Shown here: one piece after another, positions 1 through 10,538 of the stretch
How the letters are laid out: every line of letters begins with the position of its first letter
Position numbering within the stretch: the stretch's first letter is position 1
Source: an uncultured SAR116 cluster alpha proteobacterium
GTDB taxonomy: Bacteria > Pseudomonadota > Alphaproteobacteria > Puniceispirillales > Puniceispirillaceae
Reading direction: 5' to 3'
Assembly: GCA_902623185.1 (NCBI GenBank)
Contig: CACNSW010000002.1
Coordinates: forward strand, 23,654 to 87,653
DNA length: 64,000 bases
The notes under the pieces: generated by a model
Seen by the model: the letters and a program-made list of their open reading frames with translations, nothing else
What the model was told of the DNA's origin: nothing
The model's database searches: none
Translations under genes and position numbers: made by a program

Positions 1-44
1 TGAATGGCGGCAAGACGAGCGGCAGACCTACGACGGACGGGCAC
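1..44 (-). CDS. nusB: NusB transcription antitermination factor, first 14 codons only (gene runs off the window)
   Basis: GTG at 44-42 is followed by PVRRRSAARLAAI, matching the conserved NusB N-terminal RSAARLAAxQ motif. It lies 19 nt downstream of the ribH stop, the usual ribH-nusB order. Confidence 0.5.
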   Translation of the reverse strand, partial: MPVRRRSAARLAAI

Positions 45-63
45 TGGTTTCAACGGTTGCGGA

Positions 64-504
64 TCACGCGCCATCGTGGCCAAACTCTCGTCGCATTGAC
101 GCCATAGCGATTGCAGCACGCGCTGCATCACCGCCCTTATCTTTTCGCGCTGGATCTGCCCGCGCCCAAGCCTGATTCTCATTTTCCACCGTTAAAATCC
201 CATTGCCGATGGCCAAATTCTCGGCCAACGCCAGATCCATTAACCCACGGGCAGATTCATTACAGACTGTTTCGTAATGACTAGTTTCGCCTCGGACAAC
301 ACAGCCAAGAGCGACATAACCATCAAAATGCTTGGCACCTGAATGAGCCAAGGCAATCGCCACTGGAATTTCAAGAGCACCAGGCACGGTAACACGCTCA
401 TAACTGCAACCCGCTGCCTCGAGAGCGAAAATAGCACCGTCTGCCTGTGCCTCTGTCAATGCGGGATAAAAACGCGCCTCAACTATGAGAAAATGTCCTG
501 GCAT
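64..504 (-). CDS. ribH: 6,7-dimethyl-8-ribityllumazine synthase
   Basis: Motifs [15 protein letters not shown] and [12 protein letters not shown]. The ATG at 504 is preceded by AGGAA; the ORF-track start at 525 is an upstream TTG. Confidence 0.93.
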   Translation of the reverse strand: MPGHFLIVEARFYPALTEAQADGAIFALEAAGCSYERVTVPGALEIPVAIALAHSGAKHFDGYVALGCVVRGETSHYETVCNESARGLMDLALAENLAIGNGILTVENENQAWARADPARKDKGGDAARAAIAMASMRREFGHDGA

Positions 505-638
505 CTGAAAGTTCCTATTCGTCAAAAAACAGACTGGTGAGACTGGCTAGGATCAGACACCAACCTATCATAACTCTACAACCCCCCGAGCTATCATATA
601 GCAGACAGAAATTGCGAATACCATGCACCGCGTCATTC

Positions 639-1235
639 CTACCTGACGCGTTGGTAATCTGAAAGCCGCGCAACATAGCGCGCCAACATGTCTATTTCCA
701 TATTCAGTTTTTGTCCAACGGTGATTTGTCCAAGCGTTGTTACCTCCCAACTATGTTTTATCACATTGACAGAAAAATCCACGCCCTTGATTTCGTTTAC
801 AGTCAATGAAACACCATCGAGGGTAATTGAGCCTTTCTTTGCGATAAAACCCGCCAGTTCAACGGGCGCCTCAAACAATACTTCATGGCTGTCACTGACG
901 GGAATGATAGATTTGACCGTTGCAAGACCATCAACATGACCGGACACCATGTGACCACCAAGCTCGTCACCAAGACACAAAGCGCGTTCCAAATTAATCA
1001 CATCACCCTCACACCACTGACCCAGAGTCGTAACATTGACCGTTTCCGCAGATGCCGCGACCTCAAAGCTATGGTCATAGCGCGAGATAACAGTCAGACA
1101 GATGCCCGAATGCGCGATCGAAGCGCCAATAGGAATTTCTCCACACGGCCAGTCACAACCAACGCGCAATACACGGTCGCCCCTGTCATCAACGGTGATG
1201 ATTTTTCCAGTTGTTGTTACGATGCCTGTGAACAT
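639..1235 (-). CDS. ribE: Riboflavin synthase alpha chain
   Basis: MFTGIVTTTGKI N-terminus and two lumazine-binding half-domains (SIAHSGICLTV / SITLDGVSLTV). Start moved to the internal ATG at 1235. Confidence 0.92.
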   Translation of the reverse strand: MFTGIVTTTGKIITVDDRGDRVLRVGCDWPCGEIPIGASIAHSGICLTVISRYDHSFEVAASAETVNVTTLGQWCEGDVINLERALCLGDELGGHMVSGHVDGLATVKSIIPVSDSHEVLFEAPVELAGFIAKKGSITLDGVSLTVNEIKGVDFSVNVIKHSWEVTTLGQITVGQKLNMEIDMLARYVARLSDYQRVR

Positions 1236-1282
1236 TTGTTCTTTTTCCGAAGAGCTGTCATCGAACCACTTCCTGTTTGCTC

Positions 1283-2431
1283 TCAATTCTTCCCTGAGCG
1301 ACGATCAAGAACCAACCATTGGTCATCACCAAGACGCCCCTCATCGATTAGGGTATAGTGTGTCTGCTCCGGTAATACCCTTCTTGCCATAGCACCTATC
1401 GCCGGCACAGCATCACCACCAATCAAATGATGACTCTGAGTCCAGACTATTCTATCAATTAAATCGTGTTTCAATAGACTGCGCGATAGGCTTGCGCCGG
1501 CCTCAACCATAACATTGTTGCAGCCTACGGCCGCCATTGCTTGCATTGCGGCAACAAGATCAAGCTTACCATCTTCGTTGATAGGTAATTCCACCAGTTT
1601 CACGCCAATGTTTGCAAGAGCAGTCTTCCTGTCAAATGGAGCATCCGCACGGCAGAACAAGGTTAGTGGTGCTTGGTCCAACGTTTTGACAACTACTGAC
1701 GATAGTGGCGTTCGCAAATCACCGTCAAGAATAAACCGAATGGGAGAGTCGCTAGTAGTTCCTGGCAAGCGACAAGTAAATTCCGGGTCATCAGCCAAAA
1801 CCGTGCCTATTGTTGAAAGTAGGCCGTCAGCACGACTACGGAGCAGATGCACGAAACGTCGCATTTCCAAACCAGTAAGCCAACGCTTTCGGCCATCTGC
1901 AAGCGCGATCATGCCATCAAGTGAGGTTGCAGTTTTCCATGTCACAAAGGGACGTCCCATCGTTTTGCGAGACAGAAAACCAGCGAGTACACGCTTCGCC
2001 TCCGCGGCGCAGATACCAATCTCAACCATTATACCAGCAGCCCGAAGCCGTTCGATACCAGCACCATCCACACGCTCATCAGGATCGGTAACAGCAATCA
2101 CAACCCGGGCAATTTTCCGACCGATTAGGGCTTCAGCACATGGACCAGTCCGCCCGATATGAGCACAAGGCTCAAGGGTAACGTAGGCCGTTGCGCCAGC
2201 AAGAAACTTTGAGGGTGATTTTGCAATGGCTTCGGTTTCAGCATGCGGACGCCCCCCCAAACCCGTATGCCCAACAGCTAGAAGTTTACCGGCAGCACTG
2301 ACGATAGCACACCCCACGGGTGGATTTTCGGCACTCCGCCCCTCAGCCCGCCGCGAAGCGGCGATAGCAACACGCATCCAACGGCGGTCTTCAATAATGG
2401 TAGTTTGAGCGGCTGACGTTTCAATAGCCAA
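1283..2431 (-). CDS. ribD: Bifunctional riboflavin biosynthesis deaminase/reductase RibD
   Basis: CMP/dCMP-type zinc deaminase motifs HAETEAI and [13 protein letters not shown], plus a reductase C-terminal half. The start is uncertain. TTG at 2431 keeps the conserved EDRRWM segment and overlaps nrdR by 11 nt; the alternative is ATG at 2377. The longest ORF (2524) would overlap nrdR heavily. Confidence 0.9.
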   Translation of the reverse strand: MAIETSAAQTTIIEDRRWMRVAIAASRRAEGRSAENPPVGCAIVSAAGKLLAVGHTGLGGRPHAETEAIAKSPSKFLAGATAYVTLEPCAHIGRTGPCAEALIGRKIARVVIAVTDPDERVDGAGIERLRAAGIMVEIGICAAEAKRVLAGFLSRKTMGRPFVTWKTATSLDGMIALADGRKRWLTGLEMRRFVHLLRSRADGLLSTIGTVLADDPEFTCRLPGTTSDSPIRFILDGDLRTPLSSVVVKTLDQAPLTLFCRADAPFDRKTALANIGVKLVELPINEDGKLDLVAAMQAMAAVGCNNVMVEAGASLSRSLLKHDLIDRIVWTQSHHLIGGDAVPAIGAMARRVLPEQTHYTLIDEGRLGDDQWLVLDRRSGKN

Positions 2432-2873
2432 GTTCTTTGTCAACAAAAGCCTCAAAATCCTTTGCTTCACCAAAATTGCGGTAGACCGATGCGTAGCGGA
2501 TATAGGCGACATGATCAAGTTCATGCAATGCTGACATCACCAACTCACCAATGTGTTCTGACGGGACATCACCATCTGCATAGCTCTCCAGCTTACGAAC
2601 AATACCATTGATGGCCCGTGCTGTATCCTCTAGATCAACGTCACGTTTACGAAGAGCGATTTGGAACGAGCGCTCCAACTTATCTCTTTCAAAAACTGAC
2701 CTTCTACCGTTTCGCTTTACGACGGTAATTTCGCGCAGCTGCACTCGTTCAAAAGTAGTAAAACGGGCCTCGCACCTACCGCATAGGCGCCGCCGCCGAA
2801 TTGCCGCCCCGTCCTCGGCAGGTCGAGAATCCTTGACTTGCGTTTCCGCGTTTCCACAAAATGGACAAATCAT
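2421..2873 (-). CDS. nrdR: Transcriptional repressor NrdR
   Basis: N-terminal zinc ribbon CPFC...CGRC followed by an ATP-cone domain; 150 aa. Confidence 0.95.
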   Translation of the reverse strand: MICPFCGNAETQVKDSRPAEDGAAIRRRRLCGRCEARFTTFERVQLREITVVKRNGRRSVFERDKLERSFQIALRKRDVDLEDTARAINGIVRKLESYADGDVPSEHIGELVMSALHELDHVAYIRYASVYRNFGEAKDFEAFVDKELGY

Positions 2874-2918
2874 CTTGCTGCGCCATACTGAATGTTTACG
2901 GAGCTAAAATTGTACACA

Positions 2919-4214
2919 CTATGAATAGATTGGGAAAGTCTGACATAGCACCCGAACTTTCTCGCGCACCTCTGCTTCAACCTTTCTGTTATCGGCCGGA
3001 TTGGCGGCAAGACCATCGAACACATCACCGATCAGATGGCCTATCTGGATGAACTCTTCGTCACCAAAACCGCGCGTTGTTCCAGCAGGTGTACCAAGAC
3101 GAACACCCGAAGTAACCGTTGGTGGCTGCGGATCGAAAGGGATGCCGTTTTTGTTACAGGTGATGCCCGCATGTTCAAGTGACACTTCGGTAATATCACC
3201 GGTCAGGCCTTTAGGTCGCAAATCGACCAGTGCCAAATGAGTATCAGTACCACCTGATACAATCGCCGCGCCGCGCTCAACAAGTGTTTTGGCAAGGGTG
3301 TGGGCATTCGCCACCACCCGTTCAATATAGTCACGGAATTCAGGGCGCAAAGCTTCACCAAAGGCAACCGCCTTGCCAGCGATGGCATGCATAAGCGGGC
3401 CTCCTTGCAAACCGGGAAACACAGCTGAATTGAATTTCTTGCCGAGCACCTCATCATTACTTAGGATAATTCCTCCACGACCAGCGCGCAAAGTCTTGTG
3501 TGTCGTTGATGTTACAACATGTGCATGCGGCACTGGGTTTGGATGCACACCTGCGGCAACCAGGCCGGAGATATGCGCCATATCAACCATTAGATAGGCT
3601 CCCACCTCGTCCGCAATCTTGCGGAAAGCAGCAAAATCAAGCGTGCGAGGATAAGCGGAACCACCCGCCAGAATTAACTTTGGCCGACATTCCTTGGCCT
3701 TAACCATTAAATCGTCATATTCAATTTGACCTGTTTCGCCATTCACACCATATTGCTCTGCATTAAACCATTTGCCTGACAGGTTTGGCGCAGCCCCATG
3801 CGTGAGATGACCACCAGCCGCAAGTGACATACCAAGAATGGTGTCGCCTGGCTGCAGCAGCGACAAAAATACCGCCTGATTGGCCTGTGCACCTGAGTGT
3901 GGTTGTACGTTCACATAGCTACAATTAAAGAGTTGTTTCGCCCGCTCAATAGCAAGCGTCTCCACGACATCCATATATTCACAGCCACCATAATATCTGC
4001 GGCCTGAATATCCCTCAGCATATTTATTTGTAAAAACTGAACCCTGTGCTTCCATTACTGCAACACTGACGATGTTTTCGGAGGCAATCATTTCGATCTG
4101 ATCCTGTTGACGGATTAGTTCATGTTCTATGGCTGCCGCCACCTCGGGATCGCTTTCACGCAAGGTTGCAGAAAAAAAACCACTCATTACGCCCTGTCTT
4201 CTGATGTCATCCAT
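2919..4214 (-). CDS. glyA: Serine hydroxymethyltransferase
   Basis: IASEN, SHMT body and the PLP-lysine region [14 protein letters not shown]. The ATG at 4214 has GGAG 9 nt upstream; 4238 and 4187 are alternative starts. Confidence 0.95.
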   Translation of the reverse strand: MDDIRRQGVMSGFFSATLRESDPEVAAAIEHELIRQQDQIEMIASENIVSVAVMEAQGSVFTNKYAEGYSGRRYYGGCEYMDVVETLAIERAKQLFNCSYVNVQPHSGAQANQAVFLSLLQPGDTILGMSLAAGGHLTHGAAPNLSGKWFNAEQYGVNGETGQIEYDDLMVKAKECRPKLILAGGSAYPRTLDFAAFRKIADEVGAYLMVDMAHISGLVAAGVHPNPVPHAHVVTSTTHKTLRAGRGGIILSNDEVLGKKFNSAVFPGLQGGPLMHAIAGKAVAFGEALRPEFRDYIERVVANAHTLAKTLVERGAAIVSGGTDTHLALVDLRPKGLTGDITEVSLEHAGITCNKNGIPFDPQPPTVTSGVRLGTPAGTTRGFGDEEFIQIGHLIGDVFDGLAANPADNRKVEAEVREKVRVLCQTFPIYS

Positions 4215-4296
4215 AATTAAATTCTCCATCTTCCTCAAAGTGGCTGCCGCCCGCTAAAAAAGTAATCGTGTCTGAATACATTAAATGTGTTGTTAT

Positions 4297-4779
4297 TTAT
4301 TTGGGAAGCACCGTTAATTTGTCAACACGCCGTTGATGGCGACCCCCCTCAAAATCTGTTTGCAAAAACTCATCAACACAGGCTAACGCTGTTTCTTTGG
4401 CAATAAGTCTTTCTCCAAGCGCAAGTACATTGGCGTCATTGTGTTGACGACACAGACGGGCGGCAACCGGATTGGAGACCAAAGCAGCCCGCACCCAGGA
4501 AAAGCGGTTTACCGCAATTGAAATTCCTATGCCGCTGCCACAAATCGCGATACCTCGTGCGCTTGGGTCACACCGTAAAGCCTCTGCCAGCTTTGCCCCA
4601 TAATCAGGATAATCTACCGAGACAACGTCAGCCGGCCCCAAATCCCTCACTTTATAGCCTGAATTCGTCAAGTGCACCTCTACCTGCTTACGAAGCACAA
4701 AGCCAGCATGATCAGAAGAAATGTAAACTATGTCGGAATATCCAGCTGCCGTCGGGTTTATCACATTCATTCCTCTCAA
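4297..4779 (-). CDS. rpiB: Ribose-5-phosphate isomerase B (RpiB/LacA/LacB family)
   Basis: SSDHAG, CGSGIGISIAVNR and NDANVLALG motifs. The start could be the ATG at 4770. Confidence 0.88.
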   Translation of the reverse strand: MRGMNVINPTAAGYSDIVYISSDHAGFVLRKQVEVHLTNSGYKVRDLGPADVVSVDYPDYGAKLAEALRCDPSARGIAICGSGIGISIAVNRFSWVRAALVSNPVAARLCRQHNDANVLALGERLIAKETALACVDEFLQTDFEGGRHQRRVDKLTVLPK

Positions 4780-4985
4780 GAAATCTGAATCTTAACTGGC
4801 AGTAGCCACGGACTTGTTGATGTTATTAATTCTATTAGGCTCCAAATAACGATTTTATATCTGGCAATCTAGCGAAAAATCTCGGCCAACTCAAACAGCA
4901 CAAATTTGTTTGTTTACAATAGGAAAAGTGACCACGCGTCCAATGCAAGTTTGCGATGCTTTTCTAAAAAAATTTAAATCGATAA

Positions 4986-5103
4986 TTACATATTTGAAGA
5001 ATAATGTCTCCTCAAGAGGTTACAAACACCGGGATTGGGGAGAGTCCAATAGCCTCTAGTGGCCAGAGGATTTAGGATCTGCAAGGCATACGCCTTGCTT
5101 TTT
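4986..5103 (+). ncRNA. Candidate small RNA of about 115 nt, or a 23-codon micro-ORF transcript; unassigned family
   Basis: Sigma70-like TTGCGA-N17-TTAAAT at 4951-4979. Hairpins ATTGG/CCAAT (5034-5050) and CCTCT/AGAGG (5053-5069), then an intrinsic terminator at 5081-5103. No plus-strand protein gene nearby. Contains ATG 5004..TAG 5075 (MSPQEVTNTGIGESPIASSGQRI). Confidence 0.35.
5081..5103 (+). terminator. Rho-independent terminator (plus strand)
   Basis: GCAAGGC-atac-GCCTTGC stem-loop followed by TTTTT. Confidence 0.6.
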
Positions 5104-5165
5104 CGTTTCCGAGACTTTTAATACGTTTTATTCATTGAGGAGCTAGGTTAACAAAGATCATACGC

Positions 5166-5402
5166 TCATGCGGGCTTGAACGATATATAGCCTGAGTCAA
5201 TCACTAGATAGACAATAACAAAAAAAATACTGGCGATAAGACTCGAAGCTATAATCTTGCGCCAAAGCATTGGTCTTGCCGGTGCTGAAGTAGCATGCCC
5301 CATTTCAGGTTCAGTTGGTGTGCTGACACCAAAAGGAAGGCTCATCAAAAACACCCACCACCAAAGCAAAATATAGACAACAATACCCGAAACAAAATCC
5401 AT
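5166..5402 (-). CDS. DUF1467 family small membrane protein
   Basis: 78 aa with two TM segments and LLWWWVFLM...PFG. Sits downstream of methylmalonyl-CoA epimerase, as is typical in Alphaproteobacteria. Confidence 0.75.
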   Translation of the reverse strand: MDFVSGIVVYILLWWWVFLMSLPFGVSTPTEPEMGHATSAPARPMLWRKIIASSLIASIFFVIVYLVIDSGYISFKPA

Positions 5403-5812
5403 CAGCCATAAACTTCCTCGAGTTCAATCAATATACCGCAAAAATCCTTAGGATGAAGAAACAAAACAGGATTTCCATGGGCACCAGTCTGCGGCGTTCC
5501 GTCACCAAGCACACGCGCACCTTCCTCGACCAATTTATCACGCGCTGACATGATATCAGCCACCTCATAACAGATGTGATGCATGCCACCATCCGGATTT
5601 CGGTCCAAGAACGAAGCAATCGGCGAGGCCAACCCAAGCGGCTCCATCAGTTCGATTTTCACATTCTGTGCCCTCACAAAAACGAGCCTGACACCATGTT
5701 CAGGCAGATCCTGCGGCAGACTACAGTCAGCACCAAGCCTGTTTTTCCATATGGCGCTTGCCGTCTCAACATCCGGCACGGCGATCGCCACATGGTTTAC
5801 ACGGCCAATCAT
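5402..5812 (-). CDS. mce: Methylmalonyl-CoA epimerase (VOC/glyoxalase fold)
   Basis: GRVNHVAIAVPD, HHICYEV and FLHPKD..GILIELEE. Confidence 0.85.
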   Translation of the reverse strand: MIGRVNHVAIAVPDVETASAIWKNRLGADCSLPQDLPEHGVRLVFVRAQNVKIELMEPLGLASPIASFLDRNPDGGMHHICYEVADIMSARDKLVEEGARVLGDGTPQTGAHGNPVLFLHPKDFCGILIELEEVYG

Positions 5813-7527
5813 GCGATCAGGTCTGCGGCATCAACAGCGATGTCTTCATGCCCAACGCGAATAATATGCACATGCGAAATTGGCCGGCGCCCAAACATGG
5901 ACTTAGCAACACGGCGTACCGCCTGCGTAACCACTTCTTCAACAGTGGAGTTACTTTGGCGCGCAGCTTTATTGAGCGCGGCAACCGCTTCTTCAATAGC
6001 GATGCTAGCAGCTGTGGTGAAATCATCGGCGTTTTGGCCACTCACCCCAGTTTGGGAAACTTTCGGTACCGCACAGAGCGCGCCAGACCGGTTAAGAACA
6101 ACACTGGCCGTGACCGCACCATTCCAAAGCATCTTTCGCCTTGCGCGCAACATATCTGACTGCAACTCGAGAATTTGTCCGCCTTCATGGGTGAGTGCAC
6201 CAGTATGTACATCATCAATGATTTCTGCTCTATAATTGCCATCTTCACCTGGTGGGCGCCCGTTAAGGCGTATCATTGCACCATTGTCCGGAATAATGGA
6301 CTGCGCCACTTGGCAACTATCAGCTAGCGCCGCATGCGCAATGAGATGCCGAGCTGTTCCATGCACCGGAACCGCAATATGTGGACGCACAATCCCGTAC
6401 ATTTCAACCATCTCGTCACGTGATGGGTGGCCTGAAACATGCACCGGCGCATCTTCATCAGTAACCAGTTTGATTTTTCGGCGTATCAACATATCCTGAA
6501 CTTTGCTAATAGCGTTTTCATTTCCAGGAATTTGACGCGAGGAATAAATAACCGTATCGCCCGCCTCTAGCGAGACTGACTCATGGGCTCCTGCCGCTAT
6601 TCTTGCCATTGCAGCACGGGGCTCACCCTGAGTACCAGTACAAATCACTAACAAGTGTTCACGCGGCACTAACTCAATATCACTCTCGGGAACAAAATCC
6701 GGCAGGTCTTGGAGATAGCCCACCTCACGCGCAGCTGACATAGCGCGGTTCAAAGCTCGACCAACAATAGCAATAGACCGGTCATTTGCCTGCGCCGCCT
6801 TTACAATCGAGTCAATGCGCGCCACGTTGCTAGCAAAACAGGTCACTGCAACACGGCCTGTTGCCTGAGCGATGACCTTTTTCAGACCATCGCGCGCTAA
6901 AGCTTCGGACCCAGTTCGACCCTCGATCATAGCATTTGTCGAGTCACCAATCATTGCAAGCACCCCCTCCCTACCAATTTCAGCAAGGCGGCAACGGTCT
7001 GTATTAGTTCCAAGCATCGGCGTCTTGTCAAATTTCCAGTCACCGGTGTGTAAAACAATCCCAGCCTCAGTACGGATAGCAAGTGCGGCCGGATCGGGGA
7101 TGGAGTGGCTAAGCCCAACCAACTCAACACCAAATGCACCGATTTTCTTAGCTTCGCCCATGCTAAGCTCGATCAGCGGTACCTCATGGTTAAAACGTGA
7201 CTCCGCCAGCTTACGGCGCAACAGGGCAAGGGTAAAGGCGCTACCGTAGACCGGACATCGAATGCGGTTCCATAAATAAGGTATCGCTCCCAGATGATCC
7301 TCATGCCCGTGAGTGAGGACAAGCCCCACTAGCTTATCCCGGCGCTGTTCAATAAAAGTCAGGTCAGGTAGAATCACTTCAACACCTGGCGTGCTCTCAT
7401 CGGGAAAGGAAATGCCAAGATCCACCATCAGCCAGCTGTCATGGTAATGATAGAGATTGGCATTCATACCTATCTCTCCCGCCCCACCCAGCGGCACAAA
7501 CAGCAAATCATCATTTTTGTACATCAA
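5809..7527 (-). CDS. rnj: Ribonuclease J (metallo-beta-lactamase / beta-CASP)
   Basis: FVPLGGAGEIGMN, THGHEDHLGA and a beta-CASP body; 572 aa. Confidence 0.88.
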   Translation of the reverse strand: MMYKNDDLLFVPLGGAGEIGMNANLYHYHDSWLMVDLGISFPDESTPGVEVILPDLTFIEQRRDKLVGLVLTHGHEDHLGAIPYLWNRIRCPVYGSAFTLALLRRKLAESRFNHEVPLIELSMGEAKKIGAFGVELVGLSHSIPDPAALAIRTEAGIVLHTGDWKFDKTPMLGTNTDRCRLAEIGREGVLAMIGDSTNAMIEGRTGSEALARDGLKKVIAQATGRVAVTCFASNVARIDSIVKAAQANDRSIAIVGRALNRAMSAAREVGYLQDLPDFVPESDIELVPREHLLVICTGTQGEPRAAMARIAAGAHESVSLEAGDTVIYSSRQIPGNENAISKVQDMLIRRKIKLVTDEDAPVHVSGHPSRDEMVEMYGIVRPHIAVPVHGTARHLIAHAALADSCQVAQSIIPDNGAMIRLNGRPPGEDGNYRAEIIDDVHTGALTHEGGQILELQSDMLRARRKMLWNGAVTASVVLNRSGALCAVPKVSQTGVSGQNADDFTTAASIAIEEAVAALNKAARQSNSTVEEVVTQAVRRVAKSMFGRRPISHVHIIRVGHEDIAVDAADLIA

Positions 7528-7536
7528 ATTTCCATT

Positions 7537-8313
7537 TCACCAGTTGCGCCTGTTCCGCGCATAAATTTCAACAAGGCCCTTTACCGTCAGATCAGGATCA
7601 ACCATCGTGATACTGGGCACATGTGCCGCAAAAAGACTAGCAAGACCACCTGTTGCGATCGCTGGCAGAGATCTGCCATATTCATCGCGTAGTCTGGTCA
7701 GCAAACCTTCGACCATGCCTACATAACCCCAGAACACGCCAGATTCCATTGCTGCTACAGTATTTTTTCCTAAAATCGGCAAATCATCAGGCCATGGCCG
7801 CACTTTGATAGGCGGAAGCTGTGCTGCTGCCTGTTCAAGCGCATCAACCGACAGATTGACACCGGGCGCAATTATTCCTCCTTCATAAGTACCGTCAACC
7901 CCGATTAGGTCTAGTGTTGTCGCCGTACCAAAATCTAGGATGATTGCCGGCAGGATATGGCTCTTTCTGGCTCCAACCGCATTTACTAAACGATCAGATC
8001 CGGCCTGTTCTGGCTGATCGATATTGATCTTGATTCCAAGATCGAGATCAGAACCCCCCACCAGCATTGGAGTGCATTCCAGTAACTTCTTCGTCGCATC
8101 CAGCAATAATGGTGTTAGAATGGGAACAACACTGGCGATTATAGCCCCATCGATAGCGGTGGCCGCATCACCAAGAGTGTTAGCGAGAAGCCTCTGATAA
8201 CCATCATGAGGCAGCTCAGCATCGCTGGCAAAGCGCCAGATACCCATCTGTTGTTCGCCATTATACACTGCAGCAACAATATTTGTATTACCTATATCAA
8301 GTGCCAAAATCAT
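7537..8313 (-). CDS. coaX: Type III pantothenate kinase
   Basis: MILALDIGNTN, DFGTATT and an ASKHA-fold CoaX pattern. Confidence 0.9.
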   Translation of the reverse strand: MILALDIGNTNIVAAVYNGEQQMGIWRFASDAELPHDGYQRLLANTLGDAATAIDGAIIASVVPILTPLLLDATKKLLECTPMLVGGSDLDLGIKINIDQPEQAGSDRLVNAVGARKSHILPAIILDFGTATTLDLIGVDGTYEGGIIAPGVNLSVDALEQAAAQLPPIKVRPWPDDLPILGKNTVAAMESGVFWGYVGMVEGLLTRLRDEYGRSLPAIATGGLASLFAAHVPSITMVDPDLTVKGLVEIYARNRRNW

Positions 8314-9056
8314 CAGACCTGACCAACTAATTCGACATCCCCGGTGGATATATGGTGTGTCCGTCCGTCATCAGCAAGAAGTTTGAGCGCACCATCTTCA
8401 CCAAGGTCGGTAAAAACACCTCTGATTGCTTTGTCGGCAAAATTCACAGTTATCGGCTGCTGACGATGAGCACAGTGACACAGCCATTCATAGCGAACCG
8501 ATGCAAAACCATTTTTAGCAAAGGTTTTGTAGCGGTGTGAAAGTTGCGTGCGGTAGGCGGCTGCCATTTCATGCGGCGTTATTTTGGTCTCATCAAAATC
8601 ACTCATTGCCGCTGGCGGTAACCCTGAGCCTGAGATCCAGTCCACTGGGGCGATGTTAACCCCCGTCCCAACTATCAAACTGTCTCCATGCACCTCAATT
8701 AGGATTCCACAAATTTTGCCCCGACCCGCGATGATGACATCATTTGGCCATTTGAAGCTAACATTCTGATCAACTAGATAGCTGACGATAACATCGCGAA
8801 TGGCAAGGCAAGCAACAAAGGACAACCCAAACCAGCGATCAGTTGGAAATGAGGGTTTCAGCAAAACTGAATAATACATGCCGCCCTGCTGTGAGGCCCA
8901 ATGGCGGCCCAACCGACCTCGCCCTTCTGTTTGCGTTCCTACTAGAAAGCCGGTGCCCTCAAGCGCACCATTAGCAGCTGCCATCCGCACAAGATCTGAC
9001 GAAGAGGTCGCCGTTTCAACAAAATGGATGGGCCAATCGGTATCAGAAAACGTCAA
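8313..9056 (-). CDS. birA: Biotin--[acetyl-CoA-carboxylase] ligase
   Basis: GRGRLGRHW biotin-binding loop and KWPNDV; no N-terminal HTH (group I type). Confidence 0.88.
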   Translation of the reverse strand: MTFSDTDWPIHFVETATSSSDLVRMAAANGALEGTGFLVGTQTEGRGRLGRHWASQQGGMYYSVLLKPSFPTDRWFGLSFVACLAIRDVIVSYLVDQNVSFKWPNDVIIAGRGKICGILIEVHGDSLIVGTGVNIAPVDWISGSGLPPAAMSDFDETKITPHEMAAAYRTQLSHRYKTFAKNGFASVRYEWLCHCAHRQQPITVNFADKAIRGVFTDLGEDGALKLLADDGRTHHISTGDVELVGQV

Positions 9057-9071
9057 TAGCGCTCCTAACTT

Positions 9072-10529
9072 TTAACGCGGTTCACCCATCAGCGCGACGG
9101 TTGCGGTCTCGGTTGCTGTCAGCATACCGCTAAGCCCAGCGAAAAACATTAAAATAACCGCCATAGAAACACCAAGAACAAGCTTGTTAACGGCTGGAGT
9201 CTGCGTATCAAGCGGTACGTCTGTATCCTCGAAATACATCAAACGGATAATACGTAAATAATAGAAGGCGCCAACAACCGACATCACGACACCGATCACT
9301 GCAAGCGGCACCAAGTCTGCCTGTACCGCTGCCAGAAACACGTACCATTTACCAAAAAAACCAGCTAGCGGAGGAATGCCCGCCATCGAAAACATCATAA
9401 CGAGCAAACCAAAGGCAAGCAATGGATGCGTCTGCGAAAAACCCTTAAGGTCAGAAATTTTGGTCGCCGCTTGGCCGTCACGTCGCATTAACAAAATAAT
9501 CGCAAAGGTACCTGCACCCATAAAAACATAGCCGGTCATGTAAATCATCACACCAGCGGCTCCCGCAGCCGTTCCAGAGGCGAGTCCTGCCAACGCATAT
9601 CCCATATGAGCAATAGAAGAATAAGCCATCATTCGCTTGATATCTGTCTGCATGATCGCTCCAAGCGCACCTACAACCATAGAGGCGACCGAAAGCGCCA
9701 CGAGCACTTGAGACCACTGGTCGGCAATCTGCCCGAATGCACCATATGTTAGGCGCATCAGTAACGCCATTGCAGCCACCTTTGGGGCAATCGCAAACAG
9801 CGCCGTCACCGGTGTTGGCGAACCTTCATAAACATCCGGGGTCCACATATGGAATGGAGCGGCCGACACCTTGAAAGCCAAGCCGGATATCATAAACACC
9901 ATGCCTACAACAAAAGCAATTGGCGATTCACCTGTACCAAGTGACGCGGCAATACTAGCAAAATCGGTGGCACCACAGGTGCCATAGACAAGCGACGCAC
10001 CATAAAGAAGCATTCCGGAAGACAAAGCACCTAGAAGAAAATATTTTAGCCCAGCCTCCGACGAGCGCAGTGAATTAGTTCGCATCGCTGCTACCACATA
10101 AAGCGGAAGAGACTGCAACTCAATCCCCATGTAAAGTGCAAGCAAATTATCGGCCGATATCATCAGCATCATGCCAACCAACGCTAACAAAACCAGCAAT
10201 GCAAATTCAGGCTTGTTGATACCATCATCACCCTCTGGCCGCAGGGAGAGAAGCAAAGCGGCAAAAGTGCCAACAAGCACAAGCGCCTTCATGTAAAGAG
10301 CGAAATAGTCGGCAGCGAACATGCCACCGAACGCAAACGGTCGAATCATATCGTCCTGCACCAGTAAAAATAATGCAACGGCAATACCTACGAGGGACAA
10401 TCGCGTTACACGGCGGGCATTAACAATTCCCTCACCACCGAAAGCTGCAACAAGAACGAGAAGAAGTGCCAACCCGGACAGGAAAATTTCTGGCAACGCT
10501 GGAATAATGTCTGTTAGCTGAAAAGCCAT
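9072..10529 (-). CDS. nuoN: NADH-quinone oxidoreductase subunit N
   Basis: ND2-like polytopic antiporter-type subunit; last gene of the contiguous nuoA-N operon. Confidence 0.95.
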   Translation of the reverse strand: MAFQLTDIIPALPEIFLSGLALLLVLVAAFGGEGIVNARRVTRLSLVGIAVALFLLVQDDMIRPFAFGGMFAADYFALYMKALVLVGTFAALLLSLRPEGDDGINKPEFALLVLLALVGMMLMISADNLLALYMGIELQSLPLYVVAAMRTNSLRSSEAGLKYFLLGALSSGMLLYGASLVYGTCGATDFASIAASLGTGESPIAFVVGMVFMISGLAFKVSAAPFHMWTPDVYEGSPTPVTALFAIAPKVAAMALLMRLTYGAFGQIADQWSQVLVALSVASMVVGALGAIMQTDIKRMMAYSSIAHMGYALAGLASGTAAGAAGVMIYMTGYVFMGAGTFAIILLMRRDGQAATKISDLKGFSQTHPLLAFGLLVMMFSMAGIPPLAGFFGKWYVFLAAVQADLVPLAVIGVVMSVVGAFYYLRIIRLMYFEDTDVPLDTQTPAVNKLVLGVSMAVILMFFAGLSGMLTATETATVALMGEPR

Positions 10530-10538
10530 AATCGCCTC

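Noticed and set aside
4215-4296. I checked the glyA upstream region for a ZTP or glycine-type riboswitch.
   Set aside because: Only 82 nt are available, and the conserved ZTP or glycine riboswitch cores are not present.
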